In this document: piece after piece, positions 51,481-64,000 of the stretch
How the letters are laid out: the number at the start of each line of letters is the position of its first letter
Numbering within the stretch: position 1 is the stretch's first letter
Source of the DNA: Torpedo marmorata
Taxonomy: Eukaryota
Assembly: GCA_977017645.1 (NCBI GenBank)
Contig: OZ360231.1
Span: 37,572,001 to 37,636,000 of the forward strand
DNA: 64,000 nucleotides
Reading direction: 5' to 3'
Program-made: the position numbers and the translations under genes
Notes under the pieces: generated by a model
Told to the model about the DNA's origin: nothing
The model's input: the letters and a program-made list of their open reading frames with translations, nothing else
The model's database searches: none

Positions 51481-54400
51481 GGAGAATTACTCCAGTTGGT
51501 GTGAGAGCTGCCTGTTATAGGGTGGTTGCGAGAGCCCCATTTACTGAAGTTTATTATTTCCTCCTTCTGTATTAATAGTGTTGGAGAACTTCAGCAGTGT
51601 CACCTCTTTGGAATAAAACTCTTTGTAAGGGAGCATGTCTGTGCCATCAAAAGGCTCTGTATCAGGCTTTGCTTCAGTGAAGCAAGTAACAACATTTAGA
51701 AATAATCTAATACATTTAAAAATAAACACAAGCTACCATCAAAACCTACAAATATTCACGGTATAATTATTTGCATTGGACAGATATGGCTCAGCTTTTT
51801 TTTTACAGTTTCTTTTTACTCACAGGATGCCAGTACCATGGGTAAGGCCAGATTTATTGCCCATCATGAAATCCATAATGTAAGGGCCAATTGAGAAGCC
51901 ACCCAATTGTCAATCAGGGTCGGAGTCACATCTTGCTCAGACTGAGGAGTTCAAATGAATTCTCTCACTGAAGTGTACTTGTAAGCATCAAAGGATTTTT
52001 TAAAATAACAATCCAGCGGTTCCATGGTCTCTATTACTGATACTAACTTTTATTCATGGGGATGAATGGCGAGGTTAAGATGGATGAATTACTAGTCCTG
52101 CATATAGAGATCTGGACTTTTGATTCAAATAGTACAAAATTAAATTGTTTCAAATTCACATATTAAAAAAATATCCAAAGTACATGCTAATATAAACTAT
52201 CATTAAAGCTGATATAAAAACCCAGCTGGTTCACTGCTCCTTCAAGGAGGGAAGTCTGTCATCCTTGCCCAGTTTGGCTTACAAGTGAGTCCAGACATAC
52301 AGTAAAATGGCTGACTATTAGCCTGCTTCCCGAAATGTCCAACAAACTATTCAGTACAAGGAGTGACAGGGGCTGGAAATTAAATGTTGCCCATTGTGTG
52401 AATGTAACATTTGAAAATATTCAGGAATGATTTAACGAACTAATTTTAACCCGAGATTTGAACACCTGCCTCTGGACAGTAGCATAAAAACGATGCTGAT
52501 GTTCACTGTTGATATTCTAAAAGCCAATCGAATATAAAGTAACAGCAGTTCTCAGGGCTCAGTTAATCGTGGCTTGGGATTCTCAGACCAAAGGCTGTTT
52601 CATGTCACTGGAGGGGGGATGAAGACAGTGCTGAGAAGCTACTGTTCATGTGCACCCTTTCAACAGCACTGGTCACAGACTGGAAGTTGCTGAGATTTTT
52701 TTGCCATTCAGAGTAAACGTGTTGGCACTTATCTGTAGCACTCCTCCATCACATTAACCTTACTGCGGTGAAGGTCCACGGTGCACTTTAGTTGCTGACA
52801 CAGCCGAATGTTCCTGTGCAGGTAATTGTATTTCCCAAAGAAGCTCTGTCCTAGTCAGACTTCCACTGTGCATTACAGCCAGCCATTCTCAATTTTAATG
52901 GTGACCAATAACATGCTGACTAAAGGCAGGGGGATTGGAGTTATTTCCAATGCACGCCAAGTATCCATTGGACTCTATTAGAACATAGAAGTAAAGACAG
53001 GCACTTCAGCCCACTTTGTAAACCTACTCCACAACAATCTAATTTTTCCCTACCTCACATCTATAACCCTCTATCTTTCTTACATCCATGTGCTTAAGAG
53101 TCTTTTGAATGTCCCTATTGTACCAGCCTCCACCACCCCCAGCAATGCATTCCAGACACCCACCACACTACGAGTTAAAAATAAAACACTACCTCTGACT
53201 TCTCCCCTAAACTTTCCTCCACTGACATCATCTTCAAGAATGCATCAAGTAACCATGGATCTGGAAAGTTACTGAGCCACCAACAGAGAGATCTGGACTA
53301 ATGATATGCTGCTGGTAAATTAAAGATTTTGATGGAAAGCTAATACGAGTTACAGTGACCATTGTTGCTATTAAAACCTCTCTTGCTTACCAATGGTCTT
53401 CAGGAAAGGAAGTCTACCATCCCTACTTGGTCTGGCTTATGTGTGACCGCAGGTCTACAGTAAGTGACTGACTCATGCTCCTTTGAAATTCCCTTGTCAG
53501 CCCATGAGCAAGGAACAATGAGCATTAAATGTTAGCCGAGTCTGTAATGACATTGAGAATATTGTCTCAATGGAAATGTCTGAGGTGCTGCACTAAGATT
53601 TTCCCTGGAATCCCACAAAGGAGGGAGAGCAAGTGCAATAATCAGCAACATTTGGAGCAGCAGTCTAGCCTGTGAGGCCTGTGTAGGCAATAAACATTGG
53701 CAGCTGAACAGAGAAGAGACAAAGGGGACCACTTTCTCCAGAGGTAAACCACAAGGCTGATACTGCCATCTTTATCAACATCATTTCCAAGTCACCCCTG
53801 AGATAGATCAGACCCACAGAGGTTTAAGACTCCAGTTCACCAAGCCCTCATTTACATAGGATAGACAAGGAAGGAGAGCCAAGTGAAGGGAGATGGTGAT
53901 CAGGTTTTTAGATAGTGATTGGATCCCCACATCCAAATCATCCTTAATGCCCCATTCAACTGCAGAGGAGAATCCAAATGTGGAAGTCCTTGCACAACAA
54001 GGACAACAAGTAACATGGGAGTTAAGTGTTTCCGAATGCACTGAAAATCTCAGAGGTTTGAACAAGAACTCCCATCTCTATAGAAACACATGGCAGTATA
54101 TTATCACTCGTTCTCACTAATAAGAGGTTTGAACCACTGATCATTTCTATACTTAGATACATTTTTAACAGCAGGGGATAAAGCAATCCAATTCCACACA
54201 AGTTAATGGAAAGAGATTCTAAGTGCCTCTTTGCAGCAATCTTCCATTATTACAACCATAACTCATTAAACTCTTATCAACTGTGAATTACAGAGGCGGC
54301 CTATCTCGCATCCTGTGAATTCCCACAAAATTAAGTATGGGATGTGAAGTTAATCATAGATAGGGAGCAGAAATAGCTGGTTATAGCACCATCACTGATA

Positions 54401-55479
54401 TTTTGTGTTCTATTCCCCACAAGGTGAAAGTCTTTTGGTTTGAATTATTACTACAATATACTTGTGAAGAGAAGCAAAAACCCTTGGATTTACATAATGC
54501 CTTTCATGACTATGGGATATCTTTAAACCCTTTGCAGCCAGTTTCCTTGACATATTGATAAATACATCAGACAGTTTACACACAATTAGCTCCCACAAAC
54601 AGAATTGAATGACAAGAGAGTCTGTTTTGCATATATTTCAATTGAGGAATAAATGACAGCCAGGACAAAATTTGTTTCTTGATCAACATTGTGCAGCTAG
54701 CCTTCCTAACTTAGTTTAAGTGAATGAACAACCTTCATTCAGCTCTCTTCTAGTATTTTTGACAAACTTGCTGGATTGTGCAGAAAATTTCACTCTAACT
54801 CATTCCCCCAATTGCATTTTACTACCTAGAGGGGATTTCCCTGTATTGGTAAATCTGTTGGATAACGGAACAGCTAGTAGAAGGTATTGTTTGCATAAAG
54901 TGATCCACCACTTTACAGCTCGGAATTCATTTCATTCTGCCGTGTATTTGATTCCATTTTAGGGTAAGGTATCTTGAAAGGAGAGAAAGATCTCCAGGTC
55001 ATTGCAGCTATTCATTTCACATTCCGTACATAGTTACCTGTGTCACAGACTCTTCCTCTTTTCCCTCTCAGGACAATGCTCACTTCTTAACGCCTTTGCT
55101 GACTAAAGCATCAAAAACAATGTTCAGGAAACAATCAAGTGTATTTTTAAATTATGGTCCGCCTGTGAAACACACAATTTTATTGGATAAGAACAGCAGA
55201 TAAGCAAGTTAATTCCAGGTTCCTAATTGTTTTGTATTGTGTCACCTCTGTATTTGTATTTACAACATGGTAGAAGCCGATTCTGGCCATTTAAAACACG
55301 TGCCGCCCAATTACACCCAAATTAACTTGCAACCCTGTATGTTTTTTGGAGGGTGGGAGGAAACTGGAGCACCCAGAGGAAACCCACAGACACAGGGAGA
55401 ACATACAAACTCCTATACATGAGAATAAATGTGAACTTAAACTTTAAAACCTTTCCATCATCAAGGAAAGGAATGTGAC

Positions 55480-55870
55480 AGAATACTCTAATGATGCCCA
55501 CCTGCTGGATGAGCACAGGTGCAATGACAGTGAAGTTCAACAGCATCCAAGACTAAGAAACCTGCTTGTTTGACACCCAATCAATCATCCTAAAGCATTC
55601 CCTTCACCACTGGGACACAGTGTGTACCATGTACAAAGTGCACTGCAGTTACTTGCAAAGGGAAGACAGCATCTCCCTAACCCCTGATTTCTACCATCCA
55701 AAAAGACAAGGGCAGCAGGTGCACAAGACGACCATCAGGACCTGCTCCAAGTCACACACCATCCCAAGTGGGAAATACATCACTTTGTCATCACTGGGTG
55801 TCAATCCAGGAATCCCTACTCAATCGCTTTGCGGGGGCACCTTCGCCAGGAAAGGGAGGTCACTCATCAC
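55480..55870 (+). mobile_element. Old CR1/L2-group LINE 3' fragment
   Basis: Related to the host sequence of the hAT at 15090-15205; includes the cagtgtgtaccatgtacaaagtgcactgcag segment. Confidence 0.55.
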
Positions 55871-57041
55871 AACCTTCCCAACAGCACATCTCACAAATGT
55901 CAAGTTTCAAAATTACCCTCGGATCAAGTTGTATCAACATGGCTCGGAATAGCTTCTTCCTTATTTTTCTTCCCATCCATCTCAGCCCCCTTATTTGGAA
56001 GTATATTGTCCATCAGGGCACGAGCATGATTTTTACCTCTAACTCTCCAATTTTATGCCTCTTTTTGTTTATGAGCCATGCTTCCATGGAGACCAACTGG
56101 GTAGGGTGTAACCTAATTAACATCTGAGGGATTTGGTGGTGGTTGGTGCTTAATGGCAGTAAGGTGAATGTATTAACGATGGAAAAAGTATAACTTGAGC
56201 CATTGGAGACAAAAGACTGAGAGAAATGTGTTATTTTGCAATGCTTGAAGCTACTGTTTGGAGGAATAGTTTAGAGGACATGGAAATAAAGGAAGCTCGT
56301 AATTGCCATAGAAATGTAAATGATTATTTAGGCATAACATTCAAATTTTGTTTCCAAGCCTTCACAGTTGGTCAGATATTTACATTGGCAAATGACAATA
56401 CAGTATATCAAACATGTGTTCTGTGGGCATGGTAGTAACACACTCTGCCATGAACTTTATCAAAGGTTAAGAACTCAGTGAGAACACATGTACTGTGTGG
56501 AGGGAAACAAAATAAAGAGAAAACAGGCCTGCCAGCTGGTTTCCAGATGCAAATATACTCCAACAAGCTTAGTGCCTGGTGATCAAGAAAGGAAATAAAT
56601 TTGTACAAAATTGTTACCTTGTAATTATACGCTCTGCTGACACCACTGATGGGAGGGCGTGATTTCAGAATGTAATATTTAGAAAGGCAGTTTCCACTAT
56701 TAAAAATGGACTCCAAAAAAATTACAATACAGGTGCATGACTGAATCATCATGTGTGCCCTGATCCCACTAAGCCCACTTCTATTCCTGATGGGGGAAGA
56801 ATCTTATTGCTATTGAGTTGTGCTGAACACGAACTTTGTCTTGAGCATTTTGGCAAGAGACAACTGAGTAAAAGAAATTACTGCATTTGGGAAGGTGTCA
56901 AATTGCGTATCGGCCTTACTGTATGTGGTGCAAATGGATGGCAAAAGACAATAGCAACAACGAGGACATTCCAATGGTTGGAATGAATCTGTGCATGCGG
57001 AGGCTTCACAGGAAGTAATAATATTTTGCTTTCTTTTCCAG

Positions 57042-57093
57042 AAACAAAACACTGAAACAAAGTTTGAGAAAGAGAAGCCATCAGATAGTAAAG
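57042..57093 (+). CDS. pcp4: PCP4/PEP-19-family gene, internal coding exon (exon 2 equivalent): KQNTETKFEKEKPSDSK + first base of split Asp codon
   Basis: Polypyrimidine tract ttttgctttcttttccAG ends at 57041 and the donor AG|gtaaaa starts at 57094. The exon is 52 nt, phase 0 to phase 1, the length and phase I recall for mammalian PCP4 exon 2 (RQGAGATNGKDKTSGEN-G). It splices in frame (G|AT = Asp) to 63840. Confidence 0.85.
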
Positions 57094-58176
57094 GTAAAAC
57101 CTTCATTTCTATCTATTTTAAACTAGACTTGCACAACAGGGAACTGACAGAAGGGAAGCTGAGAGGTCTTCAGCAATTGAATGTTTTCATGTTGAAATGG
57201 TTTCTTCAGGGGATTTTTGCACCGTGGAATCTCTGCTCAGGAGATTGTGCCAAAAATAACACTAGAACACTCCAGCCCTGGCAATATCTAATTTGTCTTC
57301 TACAAAAAGTCTGGAAATTACAAAGATAAAGGAATTTGTTACTGGTTGCAGCAATAAATTGCTGCAAAACAAATCTTGTTTTAATGACTGCACTAAACTG
57401 CCAGCTGAAGCGAATCAGTTTGCACAAGTGTTGCTGATGTGAATGAAGGGTATTTCACTCCCTGACTGTTTAGGGGCAAAATCCCTGTTTCTGCCCCTGT
57501 GGGCCAGCTGAACAGTCAGCCCACAAGTGTGTACAGTTTTTTCTTTTGCACTACCAATAAGTTGTAATTCTGCCTCACCTGCAGGAAAAAAGAATCTCAG
57601 GGTTGTATGTGATGTCATGTATGTACTCTGACAATAAATCTGAAATCAAAGATTCCAGCTGTGTCCTGAGCCATGTGCAGATGGTAAAATACCTCTGCAC
57701 ACTTTGTGTAATTGGCCACAGATGCTCAGTATAGTAAACAGCTTCACTTTGACATTTCTTTTCCTTCCTTTGCTTTTTAAAATTTATTTTCCCTGTTCCA
57801 GTGTGGAAAAGCCTCATTTTTATCTAAACCCATTGACTTACCGGTAACTAGTCATTAACTTGATTAAAGAACAGAGGATGCTCAGGATAATCAAATCCTC
57901 AGCTGAAAGAGAAACATTTTCCCCCTGACTGCTTATCTTTTGAAGGCATTGACTTGTTACTTGGATTTGGTGTTCTGGTCACTATTCCTGCATCAAAGGG
58001 CAATGCTTTCCATAGTCCAGACAGTGAGGATCAGTCCACTGTCAGGCAGACTCACAGAATTACTACAACATAGAATGGGGGCCATTTGATCCAATGAACC
58101 CATTCCAAATCTATGCAAGGACAATCCAGTCAGTCATTCAAGCCCTTTCCTCTAATGGTATTTTATTTCCAGAGAA

Positions 58177-58362
58177 GTTAACCAAGAAAGTCTGCAAGGG
58201 TCAAGTGCAATACACAAATGTGCTGGAGAAACTCAGCAGGTCATGCAGCATCTATAGGAAGTAAAAGGTAACCAATGTTTCAGGCCTGAAACGCTGGTTA
58301 CCCTTTACTTCCTTTGGCGTTGCGTGACCTGCTGAGTTTCTCCAGCATGTTTGTGAGTTGCA
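58177..58362. mobile_element. Penelope-like inverted terminal structure
   Basis: tgctggagaaactcagcaggtca ... tgacctgctgagtttctccagca arms around a tttcaggcctgaaa palindromic centre. Confidence 0.78.
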
Positions 58363-58518
58363 TTATTTCTGCAGAATGTGTCCAATTTCCTTTTAAATAT
58401 GATGAATGTATGCACTCCCACCAGACTTTTAGGTTTGAATGACAAATCTTGGAGACTAACTGCATGAAAATATTCATCACGTCACCCCTGGCTCTTCTTT
58501 CAATCCATGTCCTCTGGA

Positions 58519-58594
58519 GCTCAAACCTCCCATTAATGCTCAAACCTCCCATTAATGCTCAAACCTCCCATTAATGCTCAAACCTCCCATTAAT
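58519..58594. repeat. Perfect 19-bp tandem repeat x4 (gctcaaacctcccattaat)
   Basis: Direct reading: four identical units with no spacers. Confidence 0.95.
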
Positions 58595-59113
58595 GAAAAC
58601 AGTTGCTCTCTGTTCACTCTACCCGAATCCTTCCAAACACAAATTAACTTCCTTAGCTCCAGTAAGAATCATCAAAACTTCCCCATATTTCGCACATAAT
58701 GGAAGTCCCTCAGAGACTATTCCACAATCTTTTCTGCATCTTCTCTTGGACCTTCACTCCCTTCCCATAATGTGGTGACCAGAATTAGGTGCAAATAAGG
58801 AGCTATCACAGAGGAGCTTCTGCCCCCAACTTCCCGGCAGTGAATCTCTTGATTTCCTTTCAACTTTATTCAGCCTGATGAAACACAAATGAAGGCTGAC
58901 TAATCCTTCCAGTGCATTCCAGCGAACAAATGATGGCTGATTTGTGATCCAACTCCCTACACCGACCTTTCCCCTTGAAACCTTTGCTATCGGAAATCTA
59001 CCAACTACCACCCTCAGCTTTGAAGTTAGTATCTGACACACCATTAATTAGCATATGTAGAAGAAAGTTTCATATTTCTACCACTGTCTTTTTCAAACTT
59101 CACTCTTGCAAGG

Positions 59114-59244
59114 AGTAAAACACGAAAGTTTGCAGACACCGTGATTGAAGTAAAAACACAATGCTGGAGAAACTCAGCAGATCAAACAGCGTACTTTATA
59201 GAGCAAAGTGTTTGACCTGCTGAGTTTCTCCAGCATTGTGTTTT
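59114..59244. mobile_element. Penelope-like inverted terminal structure
   Basis: Opposing arms; TSD cactcttgcaagg (59101-59113) / cactcttgtaagg (59245-59257). Confidence 0.8.
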
Positions 59245-60384
59245 CACTCTTGTAAGGCCTGGATCTAGACCGCACAGTCCTAGACTCTGCTATCAGTGGA
59301 AATGTTTCCTTTCCACTAGTTTTCCTTAATAATTTGAAATGATTAATCATATTAACTTCCAATTTCAGGAATATGACTCTAGTATTAAAGCAACACCACA
59401 AGATTTAAAACAAGAAGTTTTGTTGTTTATCACTTAATCTGGTGAGCTAAATTATTGACAAGTATTTTTTTAACAACATGAAATATTGAATGCCCCCAAT
59501 AAAGAGGGAGTTAATATTACATTTTACAAAAATAGGTCCAACAAAATTTGGAATTAAGCAACGGTGAATGGAACAGCACTGCTATAGATTGTAGGTAAAA
59601 ATTGAATGTTAAAAGGCGGGCCATTGAAGTTCGAGGAACAATTGATTTTGTTCTGGAGACAGAGTGATAAATCTTAGTTATAACCTAACGTGAATGCAAG
59701 AAGGGTAAAAGGTGTGGCGGGCAGGAAAATGGTACCTATTCCCTTCAGAAGTTGGAGAATGAAGAGGGTGGGGAAGGTGATGTACTTGAAGTACATAATC
59801 AGAACTGAGGGTGCAGAAGTGAAGAAATAATATCCAAAGCCATTATTGGAAAACCATTATTAGGTAGCAGGCAGATCCCCAGGAGCCCTTTAAAAATAAA
59901 TGCCACAGCACGTTAAAGCTCCTTTGCCCCAGAAATGGAGCAGTAAATTCAGTTTTTCCTTGCTGATCATTATTCGGCTCGTGCAGGTTAATTTGCTGAA
60001 CCAGCGTTTCTAAGAAGGCGATCAATGAGGATGCAGGCCGTGCCTGCTGCTGCCAATCAGCAGCTGGATTTAGGTGACTGTGTTCTGCTTATAAATAACT
60101 TTTATTTGCTGCAGTTATCCACTCATCGCATTCTGGAGATGTTGAGGTGCAAGTAACGAGTTGAGATATTGGAGGTGATGCCAGGGTGATCAGATGTGCC
60201 TTGCCCACCATATTGGTAAAAACAACAACCAAAATAAAACAAAAGAGCACCCACTGCTCAGGCCTGAAGTGGACTTATTGAAAAAGAAACTCTAAATGGC
60301 TTTCCCTGACCGTGGCTGGCGCTGAGGTGGACTGAATGATGGATTATGTGGAGAGGCAGGGGATCAGCAAATGAATTTTTAAAA

Positions 60385-60602
60385 AAATTACTACATAGAA
60401 AAAGCCGATTCCAGCCATTGAGACGCTTTGTCACACAATTGCACTCAATTAACCCACAGGGTTGGAGGGTGGGAGGAAACTAGAACATCCAGGGAAAAGC
60501 CATACAGGACATGGGGAGAATGTACAAATTCCTTACAGACAGTACCGGATTCGAACCTGGGTTATGGGCACTGTAATAGCACTACACTAACCGTGCCGCC
60601 CT
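60385..60602 (-). mobile_element. V-SINE, diverged
   Basis: Reverse V-domain and head (ggattcgaacc...aaccgtgccgccc). Confidence 0.75.
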
Positions 60603-60932
60603 ATTGAATGCTAGAATACGCTTAAAGGGCTGAATAATACTGCTCCTATTTTCTATGTTTCTTTGCAGGAAGCTTTTCTAACAGTTCTAAAAGGGAGCAT
60701 TTGAGCCCACCGTTCTGCATTAAAAAAAATACATACCTTAATTTTCAACCTGGAGATGCAGCAATGTTCCACTTCACTGGAACATGCAGTCAAAGGCCCT
60801 GGCTCTGCTCACCCACAACTGTTATAACTTTCTCTCCTCCAGGCACGCTCCCTCCCTTTCTCAGTGATGCCCCCTTCCCCTTAAAGTAATCAACAGAGTA
60901 GTAGTGGGGAAGGATAGGTATCCCGGTTAAAG

Positions 60933-61207
60933 AAATTTAAAATTTAAATTTAAATTTAGACACACATACAGCACGGTAATAGGCCATTTCGGCCCACGAG
61001 TCTGTGCCGCCCAATTTATACCCAATTGACCTACACCCCCATGAACATTTCGAACGGTGAGAGGAAACTGGAGCCCCCGGGGAAAACCCACGCAGACACA
61101 GGAAGAATGTACAAACTCCTTACAGACAGCGCGGGATTCGAACCCTGGTCCCGATCGCTGGCGCTGTAAAGGTGTTGCGCTAACTGCTACGCCAACCGTG
61201 CTGCCCT
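60933..61207 (-). mobile_element. Young V-SINE
   Basis: Reverse complement of the 7161-7422 family with an (aaattt)n tail. Confidence 0.9.
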
Positions 61208-61835
61208 ACTGAGAACTGGGGGGAGGGGGGGGAGAACAGCTTCAAATCAAGGCAATTAGGTCTGAACTAAGGAGAAATGTCTTCAGTGGGAGATGAATCT
61301 CTAGAATTCTCTAATTCTGAAGTTAGTGGAGACTCAGTTATTGAGTTAATTCAGAATAAATAAATAGATTTCCAGACATTAACAGGATCATGGGATAAGG
61401 CCAAAAATAATATTGAGGTAGAAAATGAACCATGGCGTCACTACAGAACAGATCCAAGAAGAAATTGGCCTTTTCTCACTCTTATTTCTTGTTCTCCCTC
61501 TCTCACCCAATCACTGACCTTCACACTCCCATCCAATCACTGAACTTCACACTCCCACCCAGTCACCGATCCGCACACTTTCTCTTTCAATAAGATGCTC
61601 CTTCTTCCAACCACTGTTCTCTTCCTTAACAGGAATCAAATCCTCTTGAAGGGTTTTGGCCCAAAATGTTGACTATCTATTGCCGTCCATGGATATTGCC
61701 AGACCTGCTGAGTTTCTCCAGCATGCTCTGAGTTGCTCCAATTTTCCAGCATCTGCAGCCTCTCCTGTTTTCCACTCCCACAAATAATTGCTGCCCTTTC
61801 CTCTCTCGGTTGCTTTCCCTTCCCTAATCTCCCTA

Positions 61836-62360
61836 CTTCAAGATTCAAAATTGTTTTATTATCATGTAATAAAACAGAAAATGTAATATTACACAAAATT
61901 TTCTTTAGTCTGTCGTAAGGCAGGACAAAGGTTCGCCATCAGCCGAAATTGCCCGGCGCCCCTTACAGTCAGAGGAAGAGAAGCAAAAGAGAGTCTCCCC
62001 AGAAACAATGAGTATCCATGGATTCGCCTCCAGCGCTCCCGCAGCCTCCGCAGCCACACAGCCTTCAGTCCAAACCAACGGCAACCCAAGCTCCAGATCC
62101 AAACCTCTGACATGATCAGGAAGGCCTCAGTGCCCTTGGCACCCTCTAGCATCCCGGTTCCGAATCCTGGTATCCCTTCAGCCAGTCCCAAGCCAGTCTC
62201 CAGCACTCCGCAGCCTGGTGCTAGTCCCTTGACCGCAGTCGCCAGCCACCCACAGCCTGCGTGGGTTCCTCGCCCTGAATCGCCAACAACCCCCCACCTG
62301 TGTGTTCTTCACCCACAGAGCCCCACATGGGTATGCCGCCATGGTCACCTCCTCTGCTTC
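61836..62360 (-). mobile_element. LINE-type 3' UTR / non-autonomous element, GC-rich
   Basis: The caagattcaaaattgttttattatcatgtaata end is shared with 27637-28010. Family not identified. Confidence 0.55.
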
Positions 62361-63209
62361 TCCTTCTCAAACTCCCTTCTCAAGCTGATTTTATTTAATT
62401 TCAAGGTGATGCACACTTGCACTGCTGCCAAATGCACTGCCCAGCGGTTGTCTGCACATCACTGGGAATAGCTGGAGAGAGAGAGGGAAACTCAGGTTGT
62501 CAGTCCTGCCCATTATCCTGCCCTTTCCCTTGAAAAGAGTGAGCCTGGCCTCAAGGCCAACGATAACTCACACTGATCTGCCCTCTTTCCACCGTTGTTG
62601 TGATACGTAAGAAAGAGAGTAATAGATATTTAAATAGCAAGAGAATCAAGCACTGTGGATTTAGTGCAGGAGAGTGGCACTGAGGTAAAAGATCATCCAT
62701 AATCTTAATGAATAGTAGACCAGGTTTACTCCTACTTCAACAACGTGTACATAAGCTGATAAATGTTTTCATTTATTCAGGGCTAGAACTTATAGCCTTT
62801 AAATTGAGAGGCGTGTGAGATGTGAGTCAGGAATTGCACATGGGGCAGACCAGGTGAGGACGGTTCATTTCTCTCCCTGAGGGACATGAGTGACTCGATG
62901 GGAATGACAAACCCCTGGCTACTAGTCCAACAACTTAACTATGACTTTGCCTCACCCCCTCCTCTCCTGTTCAAGCACATGATCAGTTAGGCAAGGCAGT
63001 ATGACGTGGTCTGTCAACTGTGCCTCAGTGGCAGTGATTTCCACCCCCCCCCCCACCCCGCCACACCCCCACTTTACAGTTATAAGGTTTCCGCTGATCC
63101 AGTCCCACTCCAGAGGTGAGAGGCAGGTCCAGGTTGAGACAGCAGTGGAACATTGAGCAAGTGCTGCTTTGCAGGATGTGTTCACTCAGTTTGATGCGCA
63201 AACCGTTCA

Positions 63210-63497
63210 GCGCGGCACGGTTAGCGTAGTGGTTAGCGCATCACTGTTACAGCACCAGCGATCGGGACCGGGATTCAAATCCTGCGCTGTCTGTCTGTAA
63301 GGAGTTTGTACGTTCTCCCCATGTCTGCGTGGGTTTTCCCTGGGGGCTCCGGTTTCCTCCCACCCTTCAAAAAGTACCGGGGGTTGTATGCCAATTGGGT
63401 GGCACGGGCTCGTGGGCCGAAAGGGCCTGTTCCCGTGCTGTGTGTCTAAATTTAAATTTTAAAATATGTAAATTTAAATTTAAAAATTTAAATTTAA
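63210..63497 (+). mobile_element. Young V-SINE about 340 bp upstream of the PCP4-like last exon
   Basis: tRNA head, V-domain and a long (aaattt)n tail. Confidence 0.9.
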
Positions 63498-63814
63498 CTC
63501 CCAGGACATTATTTCAGACAGCAGGAAAATTATGCCTGACACAAAACCCAAAGTCCAACACAGCCTGCCTAAAAACAAATTATCTGGTTGTTGTGATTGC
63601 TGCTTGTGGCCTCTTGCTGTGTGGAAATTGGCTGCCTTTTTTTCCAAACTTCAGGGAGCTGTTAAGCACTTTGGGACACCCTGAAAGGGAAGGTAGTGGA
63701 GAATCCTTTGGATGTGCCTCAGTTCCTCGAGCGAAGGGATGAGGCACCTCATGAGGTCGGGGGGGTTGTGCTGCAGCGAGAGGGGTGGATGGATCAATAG
63801 ACAGCCAAGGCTGA

Positions 63815-63973
<159 letters not shown>

Positions 63974-64000
63974 GACTTCCGTCAGGTGCTCTGAAGGCAG

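Noticed and set aside
53576-53590. ATG TCT GAG|gtgctg, a possible MSE exon 1 of the PCP4-like gene
   Set aside because: The donor is weak (gtgctg), the site lies among decayed SINE/LINE-like sequence, and no promoter features are evident. It cannot be excluded without RNA data.
58519-58594. Regular direct repeats suggestive of a CRISPR array
   Set aside because: There are no spacers, the context is eukaryotic and there are no cas genes. It is a simple minisatellite.

Overview
This is AT-rich, repeat-dense vertebrate genomic DNA. The repeat families (V-SINEs with CR1-type tails, Deu-domain SINE relics, CR1, Rex1/Babar, L1, Penelope-like elements) suggest a cartilaginous fish, probably a ray or skate; this is an inference. 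The only host gene I can support is a PCP4/PEP-19-family calmodulin-regulating IQ-motif gene on the + strand, with a 52-nt coding exon at 57042-57093 and a terminal coding exon at 63840-63973. The ORF track shows neither as a gene. I found no convincing exon 1, so the first 57 kb is either a long intron 1 or upstream sequence. Almost all long ORFs in the track are retrotransposon remnants or chance ORFs. Most notable observations: (i) about a dozen Penelope-like terminal fragments, several with minimal hammerhead-ribozyme motifs, 12-14 bp target-site duplications and independent inverted structures; (ii) a CpG-rich, hairpin-forming 96-bp segment of unknown origin inside an L1 3' UTR; (iii) a composite hAT element carrying a Helentron-type element and a second hAT end; (iv) charge-changing substitutions in the acidic module of the PCP4-like protein. 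All family assignments are by eye, from motifs recalled from memory, and repeat boundaries are approximate unless a TSD is given.
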